A stretch of DNA of 64,000 bases from contig JARFYF010000074.1 in NCBI GenBank assembly GCA_030265395.1, positions 45,236,645-45,300,644 of the forward strand, given 5' to 3'. Every line of letters begins with the position of its first letter. Positions within the stretch are counted from its first letter, which is position 1. Of this stretch, positions 29,301 to 41,300 are shown in pieces. The position numbers and the translations under genes were made by a program. This DNA is from Rhina ancylostomus (Eukaryota). The notes under the pieces were generated by a model. The model worked only from the letters and a program-made list of their open reading frames with translations. It did not search any database and was not told the DNA's origin.

Positions 29301-32300
29301 GGCAAATTCTGAGCTTAATAACAGTAAAAATACGTACAGCAATAGTAAGTTTATGTGATGGGGTTGGGTAGAAGCTCCATTTAATGCTGTTACTTCTTAT
29401 TGCCATATTAGCATGATAATTGCCTTTTGTGTGTTGAATTGATTACTTTTTATATATGTGTTTTCTAATTTTAGGAAAAAATTGCAAAGCCTTGAAGTCA
29501 ATGAAATCCAAGATGCATTGAGCCAGAACAGCAACAGGGTCAGTGAGGTTCCTAGTTCTTATTATTGTATTCTTAGTAACTGCATGCTGCAAAACAATTC
29601 ACTTCGGCATTGTGACTTGAAGCCAAAGAGAGAGATGAGCCAGTGTAGCAAGATCCAACACTGACCACAGGTATTCACTCACCCAGCAGGATGGATATAG
29701 AAAGCCTGGACCACCTCACAGTCAAAACCAACACCCATCCCACCACCACTGCCTGCTCTCTTGCCCTCAACACTCACACATACAACCGAATTGAGAATAG
29801 TATGAGGTTATGAGCAGAGCTTTGTATCATGACAACGAATGACACTCACTGACCTCAGCACTTTCCAGCAAACCTGCTGATCTTTCTGATGCCTCTCCAT
29901 AAGTCCACACAGGAAGCGTTTGAAGTGCTCTTGCATTCTAGGTACAGTCAACACAATATCCCAACACCATCACTTTGTGGATTAATTATATTCATTCATG
30001 ACATGATGTCAGAATATATTGTCCATCCCTCATTCAAGTTCAAATATATCATGTTCAAGTTTATTGTTGTCAGGGGCATACGTGCCCAGGGTATAATGCC
30101 TTGAAAATTAGCTTTTACAGCAGCAGCATAGTACAAGAACAAACATGTTAACATAAACTTAAATTAACATAAATTATACAAAGTAAACGACATCCACACT
30201 AGTCCAAGACATTTTGCAGCTGACTCCCAAGGGAACACCAGAATATTCTAGTTCTTACCATTTTAAAAATAATCCCTAATCAACCACATTGGTGGACCTG
30301 GAGTTACATGAAGTCCAGACAGGGTAAGGATGGCAGATTTACTTTCCTCAAGGGCTTTAGTGAACCAGATTTTTTTTACAGCAATCCAGTTGTTTTTTTT
30401 TGTAGTCAAATTTACATTCCCCATTCGTCATTATGGAATTTGAATTCTCATTTCTTGACCAGTGATTCAGAACTCTTGAATGGCGATCCAGTAATTTAAC
30501 CATGGCACTAGTGTTCTATAAATAATTAGTTTAATATTTTTATTATGTATGTCATTTAGTTTCAATAAAGTGACTGTGACACTTTACTCTGTTTTCTGTT
30601 ATTGTTTTTACCCTGTGCTACCTCAATGCACTGTGTAATGAATTGATCTGTACGATCGGTATGCAAGACAAGTTTTTCACTGTACCTCGGTACAAGGGAG
30701 AATAATAAACCAATACCAATACCAATTTGCCTGCATTTGGCCCGTTTCCCTCTAAATCTTTTCTATCCATGTACCTGTCCAGCTGTCTTTAAGAAGTTGT
30801 TATTGTACCTTCCTCTGGCAGCTCATTCCATGCATGTATCGCTCTCTCTGTAAAAATATTGCCCCTCAAGTTCCCATTAAATCTCCCCCCTCTCACCTTA
30901 AACCTATGCCTTCAAGCTCTTGATTCCCCAACCCCTGGGAAAAGTACTGTGTTCATTCACCCCATCTCATGATTTTATGCACCTCGATAGGAGTCACTTC
31001 CAGTCACTTCCAACATGTAGCTGCACCTGGTCTGAGGGACAGGCCAGACCCAAGCCAACCAGCTGGTGATGGCTGATTTATTAATCCATTTGAGCCAGAT
31101 GGCAATGATTACAGCTTCCATTTGTCTCTCCACCTCAGAGCTCTCTCAGCTACATCATGCTGCCTTGGATTTCTGCATTATAAATGCATCTCCTGCTATG
31201 GTCATATAAAGATCATCAACCAAGCACAGGAGGTAGGAATGATGTTGGTGTTGAGCTCCCCCCACTGCCCCACTCGATTTAATTTCCCTAAGAGAGAGAG
31301 AAAATGCCACAATGAAGCAACATGCAGAGCAGACGGCACATCTGAAAATGATTAACAGGTCTAAATATTGCTGCTTTGGTATTCTGATCCTATTTTAGCC
31401 CGGTAACTGGTATAGAATGGACATGGATCCATATGATCAAATGTTAACATCACCTCCTCGCAGTGTGGGACAGAGGAAAGAGGAGCAAATGAACATTGAG
31501 GTCAGTACTTGTGTGCAGGCACAGGAGAGAGTATTTCACAACAACTCCAAACTGTAAGCTATGACTTGGAATCCCCTTCAAAAGAAAAAAATCTTTCCAT
31601 TACACCTTTCACATCCCTTTTCAGATGTTGGAATTGAGATTGGTGGAATTCGTTGCCACAGAGGGCTGTAGAGACCAGGTCACTGGGTGCATTTAAGAGA
31701 TTCATAGGTTCTTCATTAGTAAAGGGGTTGAGGATTGTGGGGAGAAGTTGGGAGAATGAGGCTGAAAAAAATGGGGTTCAGCCAATTAGACCATAACACA
31801 CAGGAGCAGAATTAGGCCATTAAGCCCATCGAGTCTGCTCTGCTGTTTGATCACGGCTGATTTATTTTTCCCTCTCAAACCCATTCTCCTGCCTTCTCCC
31901 CATAACCTTTGACACCCTTGTTACATACCAGCAACAAAAGAAACACCGAGACACAAATAAGTGTTCAANNNNNNNNNNNNNNNNNNNNNNNNNNNNNNNN
32001 NNNNNNNNNNNNNNNNNNNNNNNNNNNNNNNNNNNNNNNNNNNNNNNNNNNNNNNNNNNNNNNNNNNNNNNNNNNNNNNNNNNNNNNNNNNNNNNNNNNN
32101 NNNNNNNNNNNNNNNNNNNNNNNNNNNNNNNNNNNNNNNNNNNNNNNNNNNNNNNNNNNNNNNNNNNNNNNNNNNNNNNNNNNNNNNNNNNNNNNNNNNN
32201 NNNNNNNNNNNNNNNNNNNNNNNNNNNNNNNNNNNNNNNNNNNNNNNNNNNNNNNNNNNNNNNNNNNNNNNNNNNNNNNNNNNNNNNNNNNATTTTGAAG

Positions 32301-35300
32301 CAGGAAGCGCAGAAGGAGGGATTGGAAGAGGATGAAGAGAACAGAGGATCCAAGATCAGCGATTCAGCTGAGAAAGCAGCAGTGAGTAATTAATAGGGAT
32401 CAAAATGCAATGCATTCAGGGGTTTAAAACTGGCCTGTGGACAGGATACCAAAAATAAAGGCATCATAGATGCCCTAATCTCTAAACCTCTATAGTAACA
32501 AATAATGGTACTAAAAAATGCTGAGCCAGAAAAGATTGGATCTGACAGCAACTCCTGAGGACTTAGCCAGTGGCTGAGGCAGAGTTTAGAATAGAGCCTA
32601 GTTCTACCAGGCTTTCAGCCTCTCATTTTCACTGGTGCAGATTTCTCATTAACAAGGTCTTCTTGTGCACACAGTCTTTCCATGGTGTTATCCCTGGAAG
32701 AGGCATGACTGGATGAGTGACGACAGTCATTGAAACTTTTACTAATTCCGCCTCAGTTGACCCTGCCACAACAAGATGGGAGAAGTGTGGCCAAACGCCT
32801 TTCTCAAATGGCTAGTTCCCTGCTGTAACCTCTAGAGAAGTGTGAAGATTGAATTCCAGCACCTATAACTCATATTCTCAGGCTGCACAATAGCAGTTTA
32901 CCAGAGTAAAGCATGAACCCTATATCACAGTCACACTGGGATAGTACCAGTACTCACCCCAATTGTAGATTAGCCTGGACCCCAGATTTCAGGCAGGATC
33001 AGAATGTAAGCACTGGCTTGGTAGAAGTTCCATCTCATTACTCAGGTCCCCCCAGCCCCNNNNNNNNNNNNNNNNNNNNNNNNNNNNNNACACACACACA
33101 CACAGTGCCTCCTGGAATGTCTGGAGAAGTTTTTAGAATGTTTCTAAAAGGTTTCAAATATGTGATCTTTGTTCATCGAGGGAATAGCCTTGGTGAGGAT
33201 GATCAAATAATGTGAAGAAGCCTTGAAACGGCCATAAGGTTCTCCTTCATGTGTGATTAAAAATCTCTCTGATTTATAAACAGTGATTTAATGTTCTAGC
33301 CCAACCTCTGTGATCTCCTAAAAAGGGATTAAGCTGAGGATTTCAGTGAGATGAAACAAGCTGTAATTATGTCACTGAATGTTTTTCTATTTGTTTCAGA
33401 TTACTGAACAATCTATGCATAGGGTACAGGAAAATATGGATATTGTATCTTTTAGTGCAATAATTTTATGCAGGATGGTTGAGTTTCACAGGAAATTCAT
33501 CGGTGACTGCCATTTTCCTTCCAGGGCCCCTGACCTAGACCCACACCCTCAGAGCATGTTAGATGTGCAAAACTTCTTCCATGGCCTACACATCCTCATA
33601 CTCAATAGAATTTTGTACTGTTGTCAAAGCAAAACATTGATTGGCCAGGTGCTTAAGATTTTCTAGGCCGTAATACCTTGAAAACAACAACAAACTAAAA
33701 GCATGGGCATTTAAGTGGAATATATAATGCCTGATTTTTCTCCTATTAATAGCTGATGAATAACATTGCAAATTTCAAAGTTGCACATTTTAATAGCTGA
33801 CCATTGATTATGGGGAGAAAAATCAAGTTGCCTGTAATTGTTTTGTCAAAAGGAACCAACACACTCCTTGCCACCATCAGAGACATTATGCCGTTATTGC
33901 CTTATTATGTGCAACAAAATATTCACCTGATTTAGTCATAACTTGGTCTCTGCAATGCAGTTGGCCTGACTGAGAAGTATTAGGAAGGCGATTAGGAGTT
34001 GAGTGGTATCAATGGAGAATTCTCTTTTCAGATTGCTGATCTTTTATCAAAACTGGGTATTTGAATGGAACAAGTTTTCAGATGTAGGGGAGGGAGGGAA
34101 AGAAAGTTCTGTGTTAGGCTGGAGGATACGAGAGGTTAAGTGACAAACGAGATGATAGTACAAAGTGAAAGGTAGTAGTAGTAAGAGAGGGAGTAAGTGA
34201 AGAATAAGTATTTAAAATTATCAGACAAATGTAGAGTGACTGCTGAAAATCCAAAATAAACATACCAGAGAAGCTCGGTGTTTGCAATTTCTGAGTCCAG
34301 CGTTGTTCAGAGGAAGTAATGTGCCAGGAGGAAGATGAAGTGCTGCTCATCAAGCTTGAGTTGAGCTCTTTTGGAACAGTGTCGGAGGTGGAAGATCAAT
34401 GTCAGAGGGGGTGAGGCAAGGAATGATACAGGACTGGGAAGGAGATATGGGTGGAAATGATGATTGAACCAGAGCCAGGGGCAAGCAAACCCTCCAGAAT
34501 GCTGAAGGGGTGGTGGGGGAGCAGGGGCGGCAGTGGTGAGGTGAGGAGGAGGTGTGTCTGCTGGTGGCATCATTTTGGAGGTGTTGAAAAATAGAATTAT
34601 CTATTAGATATGACAGTTGGGTGGATGGAAAGCAAAGACGAGGTGAACTTTATCCTGGAATTAGCTGGGAGGAGTAGGAGTGAAAGAAGGAGTGTAGCAA
34701 ATAAACAGATCCGGTTGAGAAACCTGCTAACAATGGTGCTGGGGTATCCATGTTTGTAGAAAGAGAAAGATATATCGGAGGTATGGAAGGTGCATCATGA
34801 GAATGGGTGGAGACAGGGGAACTAGGAGAATGGAATGGGGTCCTTGCATAAAGCCATGCTAGAGGAAATGCACTCAAGGCAAGCGTGTGGTGGAGACACA
34901 AAAAAGACTGCATATGCTGGAAATCTGGAGCAACACACACAAAATGCTGGAGGAACTCAGCAGATCAGGAGGCATCTATGGAGGGAAGTGAACAGTTGGT
35001 GTTTCAGGCTGAGACCCTTCATCAGCGTGTAGTGGATATTGGCTGCTAACTTATTGCCTGGAGGAAGTAGAGAAATTGAGGAAGGTAGGACTGTACGAAG
35101 GTGTGATGGTGGAAATCAGCAGCAGAGTTTCTTGAAATCTTCTACTTCAGGACAGAAGCAGAAAGCAACACTGATACAGTCACCAATGAATTAGATAAAG
35201 AAGTAAAGGAGTGGACTTGAGTAGGACTGAAACAATAAAGGTTCCACATAGAGTATACCACAGAGAAACAGTATTGCTGAGGCAGAAAAGAATGGATCTG

Positions 35301-38300
35301 ACAGAAACTTGTGAAGATTTAGCTAGTGACTGCGGCAGAACTTGGAATAGAGCCTAGTTTTGTGACGCATCCAGCCTCTCATTTTCACTGGTACAAATTG
35401 GCATCAACAAACTGCTCGTGCACAGGTTCCCATAACAACACCTTTTATTTGCAGAATGTGAGTGGAGTCAAAGGACATTTTTTTGTGTGAGACTGATTCA
35501 ACCCAGCAGAGGAGGGTAGTGATGGAAGAGGACTACATGGACTTCTGATTGAGGAAAGGACTTTTCCTTCAAGGATGCTTTTGTTCATTCTTCATCTCCA
35601 CCAATACCCACTCCATTTCTCAGGTCAACTTCCTGCAGAATTGCAGGAGATGCAACAGCTTCCCGTTTACCTCCTCCTTTTCCACCAGGGCTCCAAATGT
35701 CTTTCCAGATGAAGCAGCGATTTGTTGTACTTTAGTGTTCTATATTTGAGGCTCATGATGTTGCCGCCTTTTCAGGGGNNNNNNNNNNNNNNNNNNNNNN
35801 NNNNNNNNNNNNNNNNNNNNNNNNNNNNNNNNNNNNNNNNNNATCTCCATTAATTCTGCAAACATGATCCAAAGCCTCCAGTCACTTGTCACTTTTCCCA
35901 CCTGATTCCCACTCCAAGCTCTTACACTCTTGCAGTGAAGCTCAAATGTAAACTCCAGGAATAGCACCTCATCTTCCATTAAGGCACATTGTGTGAAAGG
36001 GGATTAGCCAAAGCTCCACAACCCTGCATATGAAAATGCCAGAAGATTATTAAGATAGTAGCTCTCTCTTCAGTAGGTCAACTCTGTTTCTCACCTCCCA
36101 ACAGGAAGCTGCCGCCCTTATTGCACTGCGGGATGGAAATCCAAGGGAATTCTTTAAGCAGCGAGAAAGAGCCATGACAACAAGTTTTGAGACTGCACAT
36201 TTTTCAGGTCAAAGACCAGGTATGAAACAATCTCTACTGTTCCTATTGCCAGATCTCCAACCCCTCATTCCCCCTGCGACCTCTCATTCTCCATGAAAAT
36301 TCCTTCCATCCAAATGGCAGAGTTAATGGTTCTGTCCATCCTGTTATCATCAACTCCATTTCAGGATCAGTAAACATAAAATGGTTGTTTACATTGCAAC
36401 CTGTTTAGATGCTTGTTGAAATTATTGTGGCAAGGTGATCAACATCCAGATTTGAGCTAAATAACTCAACGTAAAGCCAAATGCCACTCGTAAATCATTA
36501 ATTATGTGTCATTAATGTTTTTGACTTGGTACTTGATTGTTGCAAATAATGTCAGTGATTCACTTGGGCTATAACTGATCACAACAGCCAAATGATGGTG
36601 GCATGGAGTGATATCTGATCTTTTCAATCAGCTAAATGGGTGGGAAGGCCAATGAAGTAACCTCCGCATGGAATGGAATTAATTGTGTTGAATGACCTGG
36701 TCTGGAATTATGCAGAGTGATGTGAATATTATTAGGTAGGATAGTTAAAATTGGTGATTGAATCAAGTAAATCATCTGAAAAAAGTTGAGGGAAAGCCTG
36801 CTCATACCAGAAGGAAATAAAACGGAGAAGAACATTTAGTTATCTGAAGTCAAGTAATTAGACATGGGGGTGAAGATGTAATCAGCTGGACCAACTGGTG
36901 TAATTGAGGCTGGGATAACGCGTGCCTGGGTGTGATGGTTAGTTTAACTGGTTGAAGTTGAGCTGCTTATGGACAATTTGAACCATGTTTGGGGAAGAAG
37001 TTTTAATGAAAATTGAGCACCCCAAAATGTTTTCATACTGCGTGCACCTTGAGCCATTTTTCATGGTACAATTAACAAGTGAAATTACGATTGAACGTTC
37101 TGATGAACAGGGCTCCACTGTATAAAATATCTTCCTGCTGTAAAGGTTTATGGTTGGAGCAGAAACAGAACTCAGTCAGCACTTGTTGCAGCTGCTGTCC
37201 ATTACTGTACACTTGGGTTTATAACTCTTAATTAAACAAGGTCACAGTACTGTACTGTTTTATTTTAGAATAATAGAGGGATACTTTGAGGAAAGAAGAT
37301 GCCTACAGCAGGCAAACTATTAATAAATGCTTAATGATATTAATTTGTCAAACCTATTCTTCTGTACTTTTCTTCAGCATTGCATGTACAGCTTGGTTTT
37401 CTGATGTATCTCAAACTGAAATGGAAGCAATCTGATGTTTAAAAATTTTCATATCTGATTACTAATAAACAATGCAGTTGAGTTAAAACTCTTTAAGATG
37501 CTTATTTGGTTAAAGCATGTCAAACCTTTGTAAGAAGTGTGAAAGGAGAAATATTTTGAAGGATTGCTTTAAAAGCAGAGAAAAAAAATTACAGGAAGAA
37601 CCCTTCTGGTCCCTTATTATTGGTGGTAGTTTCAGCCCTACATTACAGTACTTGTCTTGACTTTCTTCCCAGTGATGCTGTCAATGATGTGAGACTTCTC
37701 ATATGCATCTAGCGCCAACCTTCCCAAAGCTGCACTCAACAATATGGTACTCCAACATTTCGTCTGGGACCTGCTTCCCAGTACTGCTCTCAGAAATGTA
37801 GAACTCTCTTGTTAACATAAGGTCTTTAACAATACATTGCCCTCTGCATCTTATCTATTTTACCTATAATTAGAATCCATACTAATCTCAGGTGATGGGT
37901 AAATAGTTCTGGAGCACAATTTTCCTGACTATGTTATAAGTGAATGTCGGAAAAATGGCTTAAACTTTGGGCTATTTTGTTTTTTTTTTAGCAAGAGCTC
38001 AGTTTGGGTTCTTGAATTTTATAGGAAAAAGATAAATGCATCAGTCAGTACAGCTCTCATTTAAGTTTACATTCAGGATCATTTCAACAAGTCCATTCTG
38101 TTTTCTTGTCATATGAAAATCGGTAATCTGTCCATTCCATAACTTTCAAACTTATCAATTTTGGTTTTGTTGCATAACTGCTTATTCCAACTGATTTTTG
38201 TGCCAATCAGTGGTCTTCTGTAGCCAAGACCCACTCATCAAATTGATAATCAATTTCTCCTTCCTAGGCAGTCCCTCGGAATTAAGGGTGACTGGCACCC

Positions 38301-41300
38301 ACTGCGGTTCTGAGGGTTCTGAGGTGGCCAATGATACCATTATGGGAACTGAAATTTTTCCATGTGTGGGGCAGGTGTGATGTCTGAGTGGGTAGTTTGT
38401 GAGATGCTGCGCTTCTTTTGCCATTTATACTGGATTTCTGTGTGCTTCAAATGCAGGGACTTGAGGTTCAGGGGCCAGATATTCCCAAGAATCAGCGAGG
38501 TTGTTACATTTTTCCAAAGCGGATTGGAACATGCCCTTGAATCTTTTCCTCTGTCTACCTGATGATCTCTTCCCTTATCTGAGATTGTAATGAGTGGTGT
38601 TGGACATGACCAGCCTAATAAACCTGACAGAGCGTAATTGGGGCCTCAGTGCTGAGGATGTTGACCTGAGAGAGGACACTGACTTTGGTTCACACATCCT
38701 TCTGGTGAATTTGGAGAAGTTTGCAGAGATGGCTTTGGTGGTCTTGAGATACCTTCAGAAACGTATAGGAGAACAGGAATCAACCCTGCCCAGCGGACCA
38801 CAATGTTAGTGCCAGGGTTTACACCAGACAGGTTATTATAAATTCAGATGATAGCAGATTGCATTTATAATGCTGGATATCTGTCAATTTCAACAGATTG
38901 TATTCAGTACTATATGTGGCAACATACACAGTTGAGTTTACGATGAATACTCTAGATGGCATTTCATTAGCTAATATCGTGACAAAGTGATGTGTATTGG
39001 GCTCTGGGCTTTGTTTTGTTGGGCAAACCCTCGGCTATGGACCTGTGGCCTGTCTACTGCTCTGATCATACAATGCAGGAAGGATCAAAAGGATGATGAA
39101 AATCCAGCATCTTCCCTGAATCTCACTTAGAATGGTTTTCTTTTGTTCAGATTTTGAAAATCTCTTTATAATAAGTGCAGCCCAATCAATTGAAAGTTGT
39201 GGAGCAGTCTCTTGAAATGAGAACACTTTCTTACACTGGTGAACAGGTGTTCACAAGTTATCTGGAGGGATATAATGATTTCTAGTACAGTGGAGCCGTG
39301 TTATTATCATACCCAGCTTACAATGGTTATCGGTTCAGCAAATGAACTGGCTTCAAAAATAATAGAAACATTGGAAAGCAAAAAAACTGTGAAAGTAATT
39401 GCACCAGAATGAGGGTGGGGGTGCAGGCTGGTGGCAAAGGGTGGGGAATGGAGGAAATTAGAGGGTGAAAGTAAATGGAATTATAAAAGTAGTTGAGAAA
39501 AGGGGATTTAAAAACTTGACACTAGAAAATGGGTATGAGGGAAAAATTGACGGTAGAAGCAGCAGAGGGGTAAGGGGAGGCAATGGCAACTATATATGAA
39601 AGGAAGGGGAAATTATTTTTTTAAAAAAGTGAAATTTCTAAGCCTTAAATGGTTTGGCACAATTTTGGTGCAAAAACAAAATGAAATAACTCTTCTCCAG
39701 TAAGTGGGAGCAGCTCAGACTTAATATCTCTCTGAGGTGACTGGTGAATTAAGTGGCATAGTTCAAGTAAGAGATTAGCCAAAAAGTTTTCAATGACAGC
39801 TACAGCAGTGCATGGAAATTAGTTAAGTGTCAGAATCTTTTAATTAGATATTTAGAATGGTATGACAATAAATGGGTTACACTGTATTAGTTGCATTACC
39901 CACCTCATCAAACCCTTTTGCTACCCCCTTAAACCTCTTAGCTTTTTGCTGTTGTGTGTTACTGACTGATGTGACACATTCTCCCTACAGGTCGAGTGAA
40001 CAGCCCTTTCCTTAAGAATCAGAACAGTCTGCCCGAGCGATCATGGTCCCCTCCAAGATCCCCTTGCCCTCGAATTGCTGCTAACCATAGCCCCTTCCAG
40101 TCTTTCCCCTCATGTATGTATACTTTCTAATTAAATATAGAGTATCATGTTTCTTGGAATAGAAGCATGCACTTTCTAAGTATGGAGACTCTTATGGGCT
40201 TCCATACACTGCGCAGTTTCATCTAATTTACTAATCAGCTTTGCATTTAAGAAATGATGCTGCAGTTCTAAACCAAATCCTAATGCCCGTGGCTCGGAGC
40301 CTTAGGAAAACAGAGAGTGCTCTTCTTTTGAAAAGAGATTTATCAGTGGGAAATTAAATAAGCAGACTTGCCTGCTTTTTTAATTTTTTTTAAATTGAAG
40401 ATATGGCATATAGCTCTGTTCCCAACATTCTCCTGCCAGTGAAAGTCACTTGAACATCCACGATGCTGAAGATGCAGAAGAAGGAGAGGGGCTTTGCCAG
40501 GAGCAGTAAACACTAGTCAGTGCGGACTGCAGTCGTGTGTTATGAATATTTAATTAACCATTTTTTTCTTTAATTTATGACCATTGTTTGATGCCTGTTT
40601 CTGCTGAATTGATNNNNNNNNNNNNNNNNNNNNNNNNNNNNNNNNNNNNNNNNNNNNNNNNNNNNNNNNNNNNNNNNNNNNNNNNNNNNNNNNNNNNNNN
40701 NNNNNNNNNNNNNACAAATGACCATGTTTGACCCTCTGGTGGATGAAAAAGGTCCCACGAAAGGCGAAGATTTGTTCTCTTTTAGTCTTGATCAACATTA
40801 TCATTCATTCAACAGCACCAAAAAATTGCTGTTGAATGAATGGTAAATGTTGATCAAGACTAAACAAAAAGCTTGGTGTCCTCCGTGTTTGTGCCTGAAT
40901 GCAGTCATCTTGATTTAAACTAAATACTCAACTTTAAAGGTCGGAGCTTTAGACAAAATTGAATATGTGCATACCTTTGATATGCCTAAATCTCCTTGAT
41001 CTTTTGCCTTCTGTCTAAATAAATTTCTGCCAACAAAATCAGCCATGCTTCTCACACTCAGACATGGGTATAATTTGACACTGGCAACTTGGGTGTAATA
41101 CTGCAATATCGAAGCTAAATTGTAGTGAACCGAACAAAAAGCAACATCAGTCAAAAACTGTGGATTTTCCACTCCCATTTCCTTCTCATTTGGACAATGA
41201 GGTTTGATGTTGTCAATGCTGCCATTACTACTTGTGGGCATTACTGTATTTCCCTCCATTACAACAGTATTGGCAATTTAAAATGCACATAATTGATCTT

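Noticed and set aside
31862-32353. Long ORFs of 124-163 aa in the ORF track
   Set aside because: They are open only because they run through Ns; the same applies to ORFs over the other gaps.
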